A stretch of 64,000 nt of DNA, taken from Eledone cirrhosa. Taxonomy: Eukaryota. The DNA lies in contig OZ024741.1 in NCBI GenBank assembly GCA_964016885.1, forward strand, positions 154,380,001 to 154,444,000. Reading direction: 5' to 3'. The stretch's first letter is position 1. Each line of letters starts with the position of its first letter. Under the pieces are notes generated by a model. That model did no database searches, was not told where the DNA came from, and saw nothing but the letters and a program-made list of their open reading frames with translations. The translations under genes were made by a program, and so were the position numbers. This document shows positions 49,551 to 64,000 of this stretch, piece after piece.

Positions 49551-52500
49551 AAATCGATTCCTAACGAGAATTCCTAAGAAAGTAATCAGGAATGTATTCC
49601 GAATTGTTTTTTTGTTTGTTTTTATCTCCCTGTGTTTTCTCTTGATTGATAGAAACAAACAAAAGGTACCATTTCCGGTTGATCTGCATTCTGAAAGAGA
49701 GAAAACATATTGAACATTTAATGACAATTTTCTCTGCTTCCTGCTTCTATTTTCATAATGAATCACTGATTACAGCACACACACAGCCAACTGAGGCTGC
49801 ATTTTAAAGCTATTTTAATCCTTAGGTACACAAACCAATATATTGACTTCCACAGAAAATGTAGGTGGACAGATATTTCAGAAGATCAAGAATGAAATTC
49901 TCCAATATAACTAAAATAATTAAGAACCTTTTTATTTACTTTGAATGATAGGAGGAAACTATTTTTAACAAAACGTCTCTGAGTTTAGGGTTACAATGAT
50001 GTATTTTAACACATCTCAAACCAACAGATTTGTTTGTATGAGGTAAATTTACTCTATTTTAAGCTTAGGTTGTTAATTGAGAAGGGAATTAATGTGAATA
50101 ATACCAGAATTACATATAGGCTGTAGGCCAGGGCCTTATAGTCCAGAGAGTCCCATCCCATTTTAAAATATATATTAAAATACACCCAGGGAGTGTTGTT
50201 TTGTTTATAAATTATCCTCATCCTCATCAGAATTTAATGCCTATTTTCTGTGCTTGTATGGGTTAGACGGGTTGTCATGTACTGAGGCTTGATTGCTCAA
50301 ATAACCATGTCTTGCTTATATGCTCTGTTTTTGGCTTAGTTTCTATGGCTGGATGACTTTCCAAACAGCAACCAATTCAAAACATGCAAAGAAAGCATTT
50401 TATCATGGCTCCAGCACTACCACCTTTTTTATCATAGCACTTACACTGTCATCTTACTATATGAACTGGGTTCTTTTATCATGGCACCATCACTACCACT
50501 TTACAGAGTGGGCTGGATGCATTTTTATATACCCAGGTTTTCATTTCATTTTGAATATATATTTAAATACATATTATACAATATATTAAATTAAAATATA
50601 GCTATGAAACCCAACATGTTTTTATCAAAATTTAGAATATTATAATTGTTATTTAATGTTTTTTTTTCTTTGGGTGTCCCTCTGTTTTAGAGGTTAGCAT
50701 AGATGAATGCTGGATTCTCAGCATCGATCTATGTGTAGGTCTATATTCATATATTAAAATTTTCAAATGTTCTCTAGCCAGAGCTTTTAGTTGCTTTAAT
50801 CTGGTCCTGTCTTAAGGTGTCACCTCTGTTTTAGAGGTTGACAAGGAATGATGTTGGATTCTCAACATTGCTCTATGGGTAGGTTTACATCCATGAGTTT
50901 TTCATTTTCATTAATTTTCTTGTGGGCAGGTGCTGTTAGGGAGCCCAAATGTTCTTTAGTTCAGGGACCCTAGATGTTTTATTTTAATATGTCTGGTATG
51001 GTGGTAATATGTTTGTTGTTATTATTTAACCCCAGCTCAACCCTCATTGAGTTGATCTATGATCAAAGATATGCCAGCAACCATGGTCATGCATTTCTTT
51101 TTAACCTAGACGCAGTGCTCTTAGGATTCAGCACCTTTGGTTCCAAGGTTTTGCTTGATTAACTGCTTTGCTAAACCGATGGTGGTCACACAACCCAACA
51201 TACTATAACTTACTAATTCTACTCCTGCCCATCTCTTGTTTCTAAAGCAACATGGACTTAAATAAAACAAATATTAAATGTAAATTAATTGATTAAATAA
51301 AATACAGATATGTGTAAATTAGTATAAACATAGGAAGTATTTAGCACCCGAGTCAAGCCCTACAATGTATGCCCTCTTCTCCCAGTTATGTTCCCCATTC
51401 TCTCAAATAGAATAATTTCAACTTACAGGTTTTTAAGCTAAATCTTCTTACTTTAACCACATTAAGAAAATAACTAAGCTTGCATTTTTTCACTACACAG
51501 TCCACACTCATCCATGCCAAATGATGTGACCACTATCTCCACTGCTTTGGGTATTTCCATAATGCTGCTATGTGGCAAAGATGTTTAGCAATTTAATTAT
51601 TGATTGCAAGAAATTATAATATATTTGATTTAATTATACATATTTGATCCTTTGAGGTTCTGTAATGTGTGTCTCTCAGATCTGTGCCCTCGACAGCAGC
51701 CTGGTTGTCCTTAATGGTAGTGTCAGTTTGATACAAATTTAAGATAAAAATTAAAACCACCTAATACATTAAGAAAGTGAACCCTCCCCTCCTCCTTATC
51801 CCCCCCCCTCTCCTCCATCATCACCACTGTCACTCTTATCACTACCACCACCACCACCACCACCGTCACCATCAGCATCACCATCATTACCTCCATCACC
51901 ATCATAACTTTCTCTTTATTCTGAAATATATATTTTGTAATTGTATTTGTTTTGCATGATTTTTGTTGTGAAATAATGTGTTAAAAACATATTGTTACAC
52001 TTTGAGAGTGTCATGCTGCCAATAAACAATACACACACCAGTTGAGTTTCTTTTTCTTTTTTTTTTTTTTTTTATTAATCAGGCAATTAAAGGGTGGTAG
52101 ATTGGTAGAATCACTAGAGCGTTGGTCAAAATGTTTTGTGGCATTTAGTTACAACCCTTTTATGTTCTGATTTCAAACCTCGTCGAGGTCAATTTTGCCT
52201 TCATTCTTCCTAGGTTGATAAAATAAGTCAAGTGCTGGGGCTGATGTTATCGTTTTTCCCTTTCTCTAAATTGCTGGTCCTGTGTCTATGGTAGAAATCA
52301 TTAATCAAACATCTAATCTATCTATTAGTTGTTTAAGCATTTGGAAAATTTGAAGTTTGAAATGTAGTTATCCCAACCCAAATGACTATAATGATAGTCT
52401 ATCACTATAACTATTAGTTGAGAAAATTGAGTAAAGAAGCCCTGAGGATGGAAAAAAGTGGAGAGAAGTGCTTGCAAGGAACCAAACCCCATATCTTTCA

Positions 52501-52919
52501 GATGGTGAGTGAGTGCATTAACCACTACATAAATTGATTGCCTATGTTGCATCCATTTGATATACATATTACATTGTTATTCCTGCCACCTGACAGAGAG
52601 GAATGATAAATGCTCATTTGCCCTGCCCAGTTGTCTGATTGTTGGGCCAATAGCCAGCTCTGTGTGCATAACTTTCATGGCAGAACCAACATGTTTGGCA
52701 GTCACTAAGCAGGGAGCAGGGTTTGTCATGTTTAATCATATTTACACAACTATGACCAGAAAGACATGTTGGGAGGTGGGGAGACAGAAGGAAAGGACAA
52801 AAAAATAGTTGGTGGTGAGAACTGAATAAATGAGAGAGAGTGAGAGAGAGAGAGAGAGAGAGAGAAGTGATAGAGTAAAGGGAAAGATGATGAAAAGGTA
52901 ATATTTACATTGTAGACTG

Positions 52920-54033
52920 TTTGGCAGCCCTCAGCCCCTCTCAGCCCTAAGTCCTCCTTCAGCCCTCAACCGGACCAAATAAATACAAATAAACCGGCTT
53001 TTTCTTTATATTGAAGCATTTCCCTGGAGAATGTAAGTACATTGTTAGTTTCGTGCTTCTTTCTGAAAGAAGTCATTGTGTGTTTCTGTTGTCTTACCAA
53101 TGATCACAGAAAACAAAACCACAAAACTAAAAGCACACACATAAAAATGTCAACAGTAACTCAGGCAAGAAAGAGATGCTTTGTTAAAAACAACAGTTGA
53201 TAAATAAATTTCAGAAAAACATTTACAAGAAAATTTGACCTCCCCCAAAAAAAGAATCTTTAATTAAAAAGAAAAGAATAATAAAAGTTATTCACATAAA
53301 CATTTTTTTTTTTTTTTGTCAAACCAAATATTCAGTGGACAAAACCTTAAAACATTACATTTGGAAGTGTCTTTGAAAGACTATAGAAGAACAATCACTG
53401 TCGTCTGGTATTTGAGAGAAAGAAATGACATATAAAACTGCAATGTTGTTTCAAATGGATAAACGTCCAGGTTGCAGGCGATAGTAGTTCTATTAGTTAT
53501 ATACCCCAGAGATACAAAGAAATTATTCATCCAAAAATGATTTTTCGAAAGAAAGAATGAAGAAGCATTTTGTGAACTTTTGCCTTATTTTAACAGAAAA
53601 CCACCTAAAGAAAAACGTTGTGATAATTTCGTTGAAAAGGTATATTACATATATCATTTCAAAGTGGGACACAAAAAATATGTTTAAAAATTGAATAATT
53701 CCAATTCGTTTACCAGTCACATTGTTATGAAACTGACTAATATTACAAATATCATTTATACATGAGACAAAATATTTTTAAAGGTTAAATAATTTCAATG
53801 AGAAACATTGTATCAACCACATCGTTATTTGAAAACCATACAGGAATAATCTCAAGTATAAAAAAAGGCAAAAAAATAAAATAAAAGACAGAATTTCCAA
53901 AAGAATATTTAAAAGCTCATATGAGTCATGTGTTCAGTATGAATCTGATGAACTGATCATCACAAAATTAACTTTTATTTATGGAAAAACCCACAAATTT
54001 CTGATACTGGAATTGGTTTTTCAATTTTCACAG
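52920..54033 (+). promoter_or_regulatory. Probable LPMO promoter, non-coding first exon (donor after 53032) and 5'UTR intron (acceptor at 54033)
   Basis: GAAT|GTAAGT at 53033 and ttttcacag| at 54033 upstream of the ATG; (GA)n tract and repeated CAGCCC motifs just upstream. Confidence 0.45.
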
Positions 54034-54198
54034 GTAAAAAAAAAGAACTCAACAAAAAACCAAAGCAAAAAGATAAGCAGACATTGTTCAAGCATAATAT
54101 ATTTAATAAACTAAATATTTAATATTTAGAAATAAGACTTGCTTCTTGGCAGCAACATATTTTAAAAAAGAAAAGGTTTGATTAAGGAAAAAAAGAAA

Positions 54199-54375
54199 AT
54201 GAGGCAAAAAAGTGCATCCGTAGTGTTCATGGTTTTACTTGTTTTAGCTTCTCTTCATCAAGTTTTATCTCATGGGAGATTGATGGACCCCCCAGCCAGA
54301 AACAGTATGTGGAGGTTTGGGTTTCCAAACCCTATCAATTACAATGACAATGAATTATACTGTGGGGGCAAAATG
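54199..54375 (+). CDS. AA15 lytic polysaccharide monooxygenase, coding exon 1: signal peptide + mature N-terminal His (HGRLMDPPARNSMWR..NYNDNELYCGG)
   Basis: Hydrophobic signal peptide ending VLS|H; HGRLxxPPxRxSMWR is the AA15 N-terminal signature; ATG|GTAAGT donor. Confidence 0.93.
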
Positions 54376-56137
54376 GTAAGTTACACAATTATTTTTTAGT
54401 TTTCCATGAAAAGTCAAATTACTCTGCTCTTTATAACCAATTTTCTTTCTTACAACATATTTTCTTCTCTTCACAGCACAGGTTTTCTCTCTTCTCTAAC
54501 CTTTTCCCTGTTTTCTTTTTTACTCTCATCTGCTTGCTTTTTCTTCTCACTCTAAAACATCCTCTCTTCATTCTTTTTATATCTTTCAATGAAGGACTAG
54601 CATTGAAAACGTGAAGACTTTATTCCAACTCTATCAAGCATTAAACTAATATATCATCATTGTATTGTATTGTTCTCTTGTATTGTTTTTCATTGTATGT
54701 ATGTATGCCAGGCCAGGGATGTGTGTCACACTTATGTATGGTCTCATGTTCCACCTAGTGCACAAGAGAGGTTCTCATGTCTTTGACACAATCCTAAACC
54801 TTTGTTTGGTAAGATTTCTACAGCTGGATGCCCTTACTATCACCAACCTCTTTACAGCATGTACTGGATGTATTTATCATGTAGATCACCAACACTAAAT
54901 ATATATACATACATACATATATATATAAAGTTTAATATAGAAATGGCTTCTACAGGACTAGAACTGTTTCATTCAAAAGAAATCATCGGGAAAGCCATTC
55001 TTTTGAATGAAACAGTTCTAGACATGTAGAAGCCATTTCTATATTAAACTTGATATTTACACTATACTAATGTATTGAATACCTTACTAACTGTGGTTAA
55101 CCCCTATATATATACGCACACATACATACATATACTCATACATACATACATATATGTACTTTCTTTTGATATTTTACTGGCGTCTGTCCTTTTGACCTCT
55201 GTACATATTTTTTCAAATCTGGTACTTATTTTATCAATCACTTTTTTGCTGCACCACTAAGTAGTGGGACATATACACAACACAAATGTAAACCTAGACA
55301 TGGACATGCATGCAGCCAGACACATGAAATTCATTCTCTTTTTCATTCTATTTCCTTCTGCCTCATTGAAAATCAGATATTTTACATTGAACTAGAATCT
55401 ATTCTCTCCTAAGTTCAGGAAGTTTCTGACTAAATTATTCTGTAAATCAGTGGCTCCTAAACCCTGTATTGTCATCGAATTCTTACCTATATGTTAAGGA
55501 TAATCATTTGTTTTAGAGAGAGAGTTTATTCATATATTAAATTATATATATATAATAAGATATATTTGCTCTTTGGGAAACTACCACAGTACAGATTAAC
55601 TATAAATAATAGTAAAATAAGTTGGGTAAAATACCCTGGATTGAAAAAAGTGAACAGAACTGCCAGCATGAATCCCACCATGCATCTGTTGGACTAGTTC
55701 TGTTCATATTTTCTTGTCTTCAGATGTAATTCATCTATCATATATAGTTTATCAGCATTGTGGCAACTTTTCAAAAATCAAATATTTTTTCAAATTTCTT
55801 CACTACTTTAAAAATAAACCAGTGTTTATATATATATATTATAATATTGTTATTAACTTTTTATAAAAAGACATGTTAGTGAACCGAAAGGATTCATATG
55901 AATCCAGGTTGGTGACCTCCAAAATAAGCCATAATGTAATTTATAAACCTTAACCCTTTCGTTACCACATTTCTAATAAAAATCACTGGCTATGATTTTC
56001 AAATAATTTTGAAAGTAATAAAAAATTTGGAGGGATTTAGAAATATAACTAACGTTCTCATTATTTATCTGTTGTTTGCAACATAGCATTTTAAAAAAAT
56101 CATGGACAATTATGTTATTTGTGTGTGTGTGTGTGTA

Positions 56138-56190
<53 letters not shown>

Positions 56191-56988
56191 AATGAACAGA
56201 GAACAAAAAACAGAGAGGCAGTACAAATGATATGGTTTTTAGTTTCATGCTTAAGAGTGGGAGGGGGGGGGGTCTGATGATTGAAGTTAGACGTCTGTCA
56301 GGCTCGTCTGTCTTCGGTAAATGAAATAATTATCTTATGTTGTTTATTACATAACTAAAAAGCTCTGTAGCCTACATAGAGCACTCTCTTTTCCTTTACC
56401 TTTCCTACGGAAATACTTCATATATATATATATATATATCATCATCACTGTTTCACATCCATTTTTCCTCACTAGCATGGATTAGATAATAATAATAATA
56501 ATGAAATTATTGTGTACAGTGCTCAGGTGCACTACAACTCATCAAAGGTGCCTGTATAGTTGAAAGAAGCCAGTGTCAGATGACCATGTCTTGCTAATAT
56601 GGAATTGATTATGGCTCGGTTTCTATGGCTGAATGCCCTTCCTAATACCAACTATATATATAAACTTATAAATAACACATTTAGAATTTCATTGTCATCT
56701 TTAATACTTGGTGGTTGTTTCTAATTAAACCATGAAATTTCCACAGCGGCAGTTATTCTTATTTAAGTTAAACATCCTGTAATAATTTAACAGTAAATAT
56801 CTAAAAATGAGTTTGTTAATTCTAATGTTTCTAGTATCTTTAGTAGTGAACAGATTGTTGTGAAAATTTAATGTGGTGCAGTCATAGTGCTGTTTTGTAC
56901 TTTTCAAGAATACCTTACTTCTGTGGTTTCATGGAGTGTAGGACATTAAGAGTTAAGAGTTAAAGCTGTAGCAAATTGTATTTTTTAG

Positions 56989-57367
56989 GTGCAGTGGGTG
57001 CGTAATAAGGGCAAATGTGGAGTGTGTGGAGACCCTTGGCATGGGGTGCGACATCATGAAATGGGTGGCAGATATGCAAACGGAATAATTTCTCGAAGTT
57101 ACAGAGAGGGAGACAACATTAAAGTCGCTGTTCATCTGACAGCAAACCATTTAGGCTGGTTTGAATTTCGGATTTGTCCCATGGATGATTCAGAAACAGA
57201 AGTGACCCAAAAATGTTTGGACCAACACCTGTTGTACAGCTCTGATGGACATGATTCAAGGTTTCATGTTGCTAAAGGTAAAAACAGCGTCTTCTTCAAT
57301 TTCACAGTAAAGCTTCCTGTTGGCCTTGTCTGTGAACAATGTGTTTTCCAATGGAAATATCGAACAG
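56989..57367 (+). CDS. AA15 LPMO coding exon 2 ([10 protein letters not shown]...[15 protein letters not shown]...[13 protein letters not shown])
   Basis: ttttttag| acceptor phase 0; second Cu-ligand His in TANH; G|GTAGGT donor phase 1. Confidence 0.95.
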
Positions 57368-57369
57368 GT

Positions 57370-57865
<496 letters not shown>

Positions 57866-57866
57866 A

Positions 57867-58532
<666 letters not shown>

Positions 58533-58940
58533 GGAAATCAGTAAAATCGAATCTCTGGCGGTTTGCAAGTGAATTCGGCCTAATAAATTATATGTTGCTG
58601 CAATAAGCTGCTAATCGAATCTATAATTATCACGTGCTAATTCCGGCAAGGGAAATAACCTCGGTCCCAGGTGGTTATTCAAAAAGTTATCGAAAAAGGA
58701 AATATTTAAAATTCCCGCTAAACATCATGATAAGCTCTCGACTAGATGTTATAAAACAAACACTAATAATTAACCAATCAACGAAATTGTCTAATTAAAT
58801 TAATTAGTTAATTATTAAATCTAGGAGAATAATATAATTGGAAATCAGTAAAATTGAATCTCTGGCGGTTTGCAAGTGAATTCGGCCTACTTATATGAGA
58901 TGATGAGTTAGCAAAGCACTCGATAAGATAGGTCCTTAGA

Positions 58941-58984
<44 letters not shown>

Positions 58985-59204
58985 GATAACAAAATATCAT
59001 TATAGGTAATCCAGTTAGAGGTTGTGAATACTTCTTATTATGGATAGTTTTAGCATACAGCGTTGTTTGACTCAACAAGAGGTTTACGTAGGTGGCGAGT
59101 TTATGATTTCACTTGTATTCCTATGTAAGTTTATCTTGGAGTAATAATATTGAAAGAGTGAAGAATAACATGGTCAACAGTACAAAAAAGGGTTTTATTT
59201 ACAG

Positions 59205-59308
59205 TCTGACAATTGTTTCACTGATTAAGTTGTCTAAAAATTGCTGAACACTAGACGCAGTGCCACTCAATTTTAAATACGGTGTTAGCTTAATCAGATC
59301 ATCGGAGA
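59205..59308 (-). ncRNA. Minimal hammerhead-like motif in a probable Penelope pLTR remnant
   Basis: Minus: tct-CCGATGA-t-ctgattaag...cttaatcag-t-GAAA-caattg-TC-aga. Confidence 0.6.
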
Positions 59309-60723
59309 TAACTAGAATATCCGTTAAATTTACAAATTCAAATTACAGCATCATTAATAATATTAATATTATTAATGATGCTGTAATTCGAATTTGTAAA
59401 AATCAACCTAAGATTGTCTAAAGTTCACTTATATGGCCGTGAACTTTAGACAATCTTGGCTTGATTCTTTCTATGAGGAAGTACATTAATTATATATCAT
59501 TATATGTATGTACATGATTCTTGTTGTTTCTCAACTAGATATATGAAAGAGACTTTGTATATCGTTTTAAATTTGTATAAATTATGCTCTGAACTTAATG
59601 TTCATTGAGATTTCTTTGTTGAGTAACTTAATCAATATACATTGTATATGTATAGATTTAACCTAATTATGATATATAATATATATATCTGTTTATGTCT
59701 GTCTAATACATTGAGATTGAATCTATTCTCTCCTAAGTTCAGGAAGTTTCTGACAAAATCATTCTGTAAATCAGTGGCTCCTAAACCCTGTTTTGTCATG
59801 GAATTATTATGTATATATTAAGGATAATCATGTTTTAGAGAGAGAATTTATTCACATATTAAATTATATATATAATAAGATATGTTTGCTTTTTGGAAAA
59901 CTACCATAATACAGATGAACTATCTGTATATTTATTGCTATTGAGTTAATTCATTTAATATCAAACTGATACTAGGTAACGTTTCATACCCCCATGGACT
60001 CTATCACCCATTATGGGTGGATTGGCAGTATTGGTAGAGGGTCGGACGCCATGCTTTGACGCATAGAGTTACGGCCCTTGCCATTCTGAGTTCAAATCCC
60101 GCCAAGGTTAACTTTGACTTTCACCCTTACGGGGTCGATAAAATAAAGTACCAGTAATGCACTGGGTAATTGCTGGCCTTGTGCCTAACGTAGAAACAAT
60201 TATGGGACATTAACCCTTTAAACTGGCCATATCCAGCCAGAACTCTCTCACCTCTTTCTGTTCAAACCAGCTGTAACTGGCCACTCATCCATCTGCCATT
60301 GATTATTGATGTTAAAGTATTGCTCTCAAAATAAATAATATCAAAATCTCATAGATTCGATATTATGTGAGATAATTATGTGAGGTAAAGCCTTTACCAT
60401 GAAAATATAATAGTAAATGTAGAGTAATATAAATGCTAATGGGTTAATACAATAACTAAGGATATTTTATGATTAGTTCATTGGAATGGAAACTGGTTAA
60501 GTGAGAAGTTAGTTAACAGACCAATTCACTTTATGACCTGACTAGGTCATTGGAACAGAACCTGCTTGTTAAGTAAAGAATTTGTTAACCAACCATTTCA
60601 CTTAGGACCAGACCAGGTTGCTGGAATGGAATCTAGTCATTAAATGAGGAGTAGTTATAGTTTTCAATTTAAGGTGATGGCTAATGGAATATTTCACAAT
60701 TTATTTATTTATTTCTATTTCAG

Positions 60724-62126
60724 GAAACACTTGGGATAAAGATGACAAGTCTGGAATATTTTGTCTTGGGTGTGGGCCTCAGGAGGAATTTTACAATTGT
60801 GCTGATATCACAATTGAACCAGTTCTTGGCCAGAATGATTATTCTTCTTCCAAATCTAGAAGTGAGGTAAATACCAAGACTGTTGGACGGAAGGAATCTA
60901 ATGAAGATAAAATATCCTCGGAAACTCCACCAATTCTAACAACAACATTAACTACACTGATAAATCAACGAACAGAAAATGAGAACAGCCGTAAAGTCAA
61001 TCTTTTTGATTGGTTTGATAAATTATCTCTCAAAGAAGAGAAAAATCGATATCTCATGAACAAAAACATCAAACAGAAAACTGATAATAAAATTAAACAA
61101 TTCTTTCAGATAACTTCCCAAACGATGCAACCGACTCTAGTGCCACCAATGGTGAAGCCGATTCCCAAACTGACCAATATTTCTTTACATTCAAAGAGAA
61201 TCTCTCAGAGGAATCCCAACTTGAAACAAATAATTAAATCTCGTGCTGACACATCGGTTGAAAGCATATATTCCACAAAGAGAAAAATGATTGATGCCAC
61301 TACAACAGTCTCTAGACCAACGAGGAAAAGAATTACTTTAGCAAATACGAAATCAAAAGGAAGGAAACCTTCACCAAAAGTAAACATAGAAAAGAATGGA
61401 ATATCACAAAAAATGTCTTCTAAAAAGTTTTCAAATCCATTTTCTACTGGACAAAATTGGCTGTCAAGCAGAAATCATAAAATTACCACTCATGGATCTG
61501 AAACAAGAACACCTACAACGCCAAAAGTGTTGTTAACTTCCAAGCCATGTCATAAAACAAAGACTATGAGAAAACAGGTAAACAAAATGTCTCAGGCAAT
61601 TGCTTCCCCTGTGGGACGGTTTGACCTTGGTTGGTGGGGAGAGCATTATTTCAGAGCCCCGGCAATCTCGAGGATCTCATCAACATGGCCCGTAAAACCA
61701 GTCTTAAAATGCCGAGCCATTATACTGTTATCTGGCGGAATGGATGACTGGTGTTTTGTAAATTGCAATGCTAACTACTGTCCCTCGAATCTATGCCAGT
61801 GTCGAAGGGAATTAAGTTACAGTCCTTTATTTATGTCCAGCAATGACCATGTGGTGTCGCAAGGTTTACCATCCTCCCATGTAGAAGACATCCAACAAAG
61901 TTACATTCCACAACCAGTACGTCTACCATTAAATAACAACAACCAAATACCAAGCCTGACATCTCAGACTAATGTGGCCCTCACACAACACAACTCCCAA
62001 CATTCAACAGTGGAAAATCGGTGTAAAGCTATTGGTGTCCATGCTGGCAATAGTCACTTTGACCAATGGTGCAATCGTAATTGTTTCTCATTCTGGTGCC
62101 CATCATCCCTTTGTCTCTGTAGATAA
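60724..62126 (+). CDS. AA15 LPMO coding exon 3: end of catalytic domain (GNTW..GCGPQEEFYNCADI), long linker, two 6-Cys modules
   Basis: tttcag| acceptor phase 1; uninterrupted ORF to TAA 62124-62126. Confidence 0.93.
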
Positions 62127-62184
62127 TTCTCAAACACTTTTGCTTATTTACATGACATTCCAATTGTGTATGTATGTGTGTGTG

Positions 62185-62277
<93 letters not shown>

Positions 62278-63922
62278 GAGTTTGTATGTAAGTATGGATA
62301 GTGGGAAATCAAATTTATAGCTCACACTTATGTAAGTATAGCTGGTCTCATATGAGGATGCATCTCATAGGTTTCTTGGGTATTTTAATGATAGGAGTCC
62401 TCCAATCTTATCATGTTGCAGCTCACACTTATGTAGATTTAGCTGGTCTCTTATAAGTTTGTATTTTATAGGAGGTTTCTTGGCTGTTTAATGATAGGGG
62501 GCCCAATCTTATGAAAAGCAGTGCGAAACAAAGTGTCTTGCTAAAGAACACAATGCACTGTCCAGCCCAGAAATTGAAACCATGACCTTATCATTGTGAG
62601 TCCAACACCCTAAATACTAGACCATGTACCTTCACATGTATGTATGTATGTATGTATGTATGTATGTATGTATGTATGTATGTATGTATGTATGTATGTG
62701 TGTATGTATGTATGAGCAGATGGATGGTTGGATAGATTTATGAATATTGACAATAACAATTGTAGCTTGCACGTAAACAATTTGCTGGAACAAAGTGCAA
62801 AAGCCATTATAATCTTATTTGTTCACTTGATGCTATGGAGAAAGAACAAATACATAGAAACTCCACCTATGTAATATACTCTTTAACTCTTACTTGCTCC
62901 AGCTGGGGCATTGCTATTGATATTTAATTTAATTTTTTACTTTTGGTTTGGACAAATTATCAATTGTCAAAATGAACATTTTAGATGACTAAATTGAAAC
63001 TGCTAATCGTCTTTTTCTGGTTTCAGTCACTAGACTGTGACCATGCTGGGCATTGCCTAAAAGAGATTTAGTCAATTGTATCGATCCTAGTACTTATTTT
63101 TCATAAGTCTGATATTTATATTATCGATCTCTTTATATTGAACTTGCTACATAAGCTGGGATATAAATAAACACACACACACATACAACAGGCTTCTGAA
63201 GTTTCCGCCTACTAAATTTTACTCCCAAAGCACTGGTCAACCTGTGGCTATAATAGAAGACACTTATCTAAGATGTTATGCAGTACAACTGAACCTGAAA
63301 CCTCGTAGTTGTGAAGTGAACTTTTTAATCACACAGCCTTGCTTGTACCTACGTATATTTATGGTGCTTATCTCAACACCAATGTTTGTAACTTATTTGT
63401 TTTATTTTCTGTGAAGTTTGAATTGGGTACATTAGAGAGTTTTGATTGGAATATAAAGCTTTGGGAGGTTCACCACTCAGTAGGTAGGTGTAAACTATTT
63501 AGTAAATGCTAACTTAATAAACATACATTTAATCTCACGTTAACAATTATATGTTGTGATTATATCACAGCTACCTCAGACACTGGTGTAAAAACACTGT
63601 AATAAATTTTGTAAATAAACTGTTTTTGTTGTGCAAAGTTAACCGGTTCAAAATAAAGATATATATGGACCACTTTACAATGTGTTTATGTATAACACAT
63701 AATGTCGGTATTTCAAATTGTTATATCACAGTTACCTCATTAACCAGAGTAAGAGTGTTGTATACATGTATATCAGAGTTAATATTCATCAACAGCAGTC
63801 CAGTTACTATGAGATACTGAGCTATGAAGGCTTGTAAAATCTTATATATTTTCTAAATATACAAAGATAAAAGCCTAGCTTGCAATACTCACAGAAAAAT
63901 TAAATGTACGTTTTATTATACA

Positions 63923-64000
63923 CTAGCAGTGGTACCCGGCGTTGCACGGGATAAGGTATTTTGGAACGCGAGTCGCCAACAGACCTAATCGTGGAAAAAC
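63923..64000 (-). mobile_element. Helitron 3' end (cut by window edge)
   Basis: ctagcagtggtacccggcgttgcacggg, the same terminus as at 19859. Confidence 0.7.

Noticed and set aside
56270-56335. CTGATGA...GAAA-taatta-TC hammerhead-like pattern
   Set aside because: Stem I does not pair and stem II does not close against GAAA; at best a heavily decayed motif
60684-60723. ATG at 60684 as the start of a standalone 480-aa gene
   Set aside because: Lies in the intron's pyrimidine-rich tract; the ORF is the last exon of the LPMO, starting at 60724

Overview
AT-rich, microsatellite-rich eukaryotic DNA, most likely an octopus or other coleoid cephalopod (inferred from the RTE LINEs with (GAT)n tails and the SINE types). 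Two spliced + strand protein genes can be assembled by hand with phase-consistent GT-AG junctions. (1) An F-box/leucine-rich-repeat gene resembling FBXL17 (7 coding exons, 15054-34243, ~568 aa). (2) A secreted AA15-type lytic polysaccharide monooxygenase (LPMO; 3 coding exons, 54199-62126, ~652 aa) with an N-terminal His brace, a long basic Ser/Thr linker and two six-cysteine modules I could not assign to a known family. The rest is mostly transposon-derived: many RTE LINEs whose RT carries an inserted PHD-like zinc finger, Penelope-like remnants with minimal type I hammerhead ribozymes, a small LTR element, Helitrons, piggyBac-type MITEs, a mariner fragment, a tandemly triplicated CRE-like 3' end, SINEs and minisatellites. 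Highlights: the modular LPMO, several hammerhead motifs, an in-frame duplicated splice acceptor that could add a hydrophobic 24-aa segment to the F-box protein, and back-to-back palindromes in an LPMO intron. All calls are by eye; no searches were run, and repeat boundaries are approximate.
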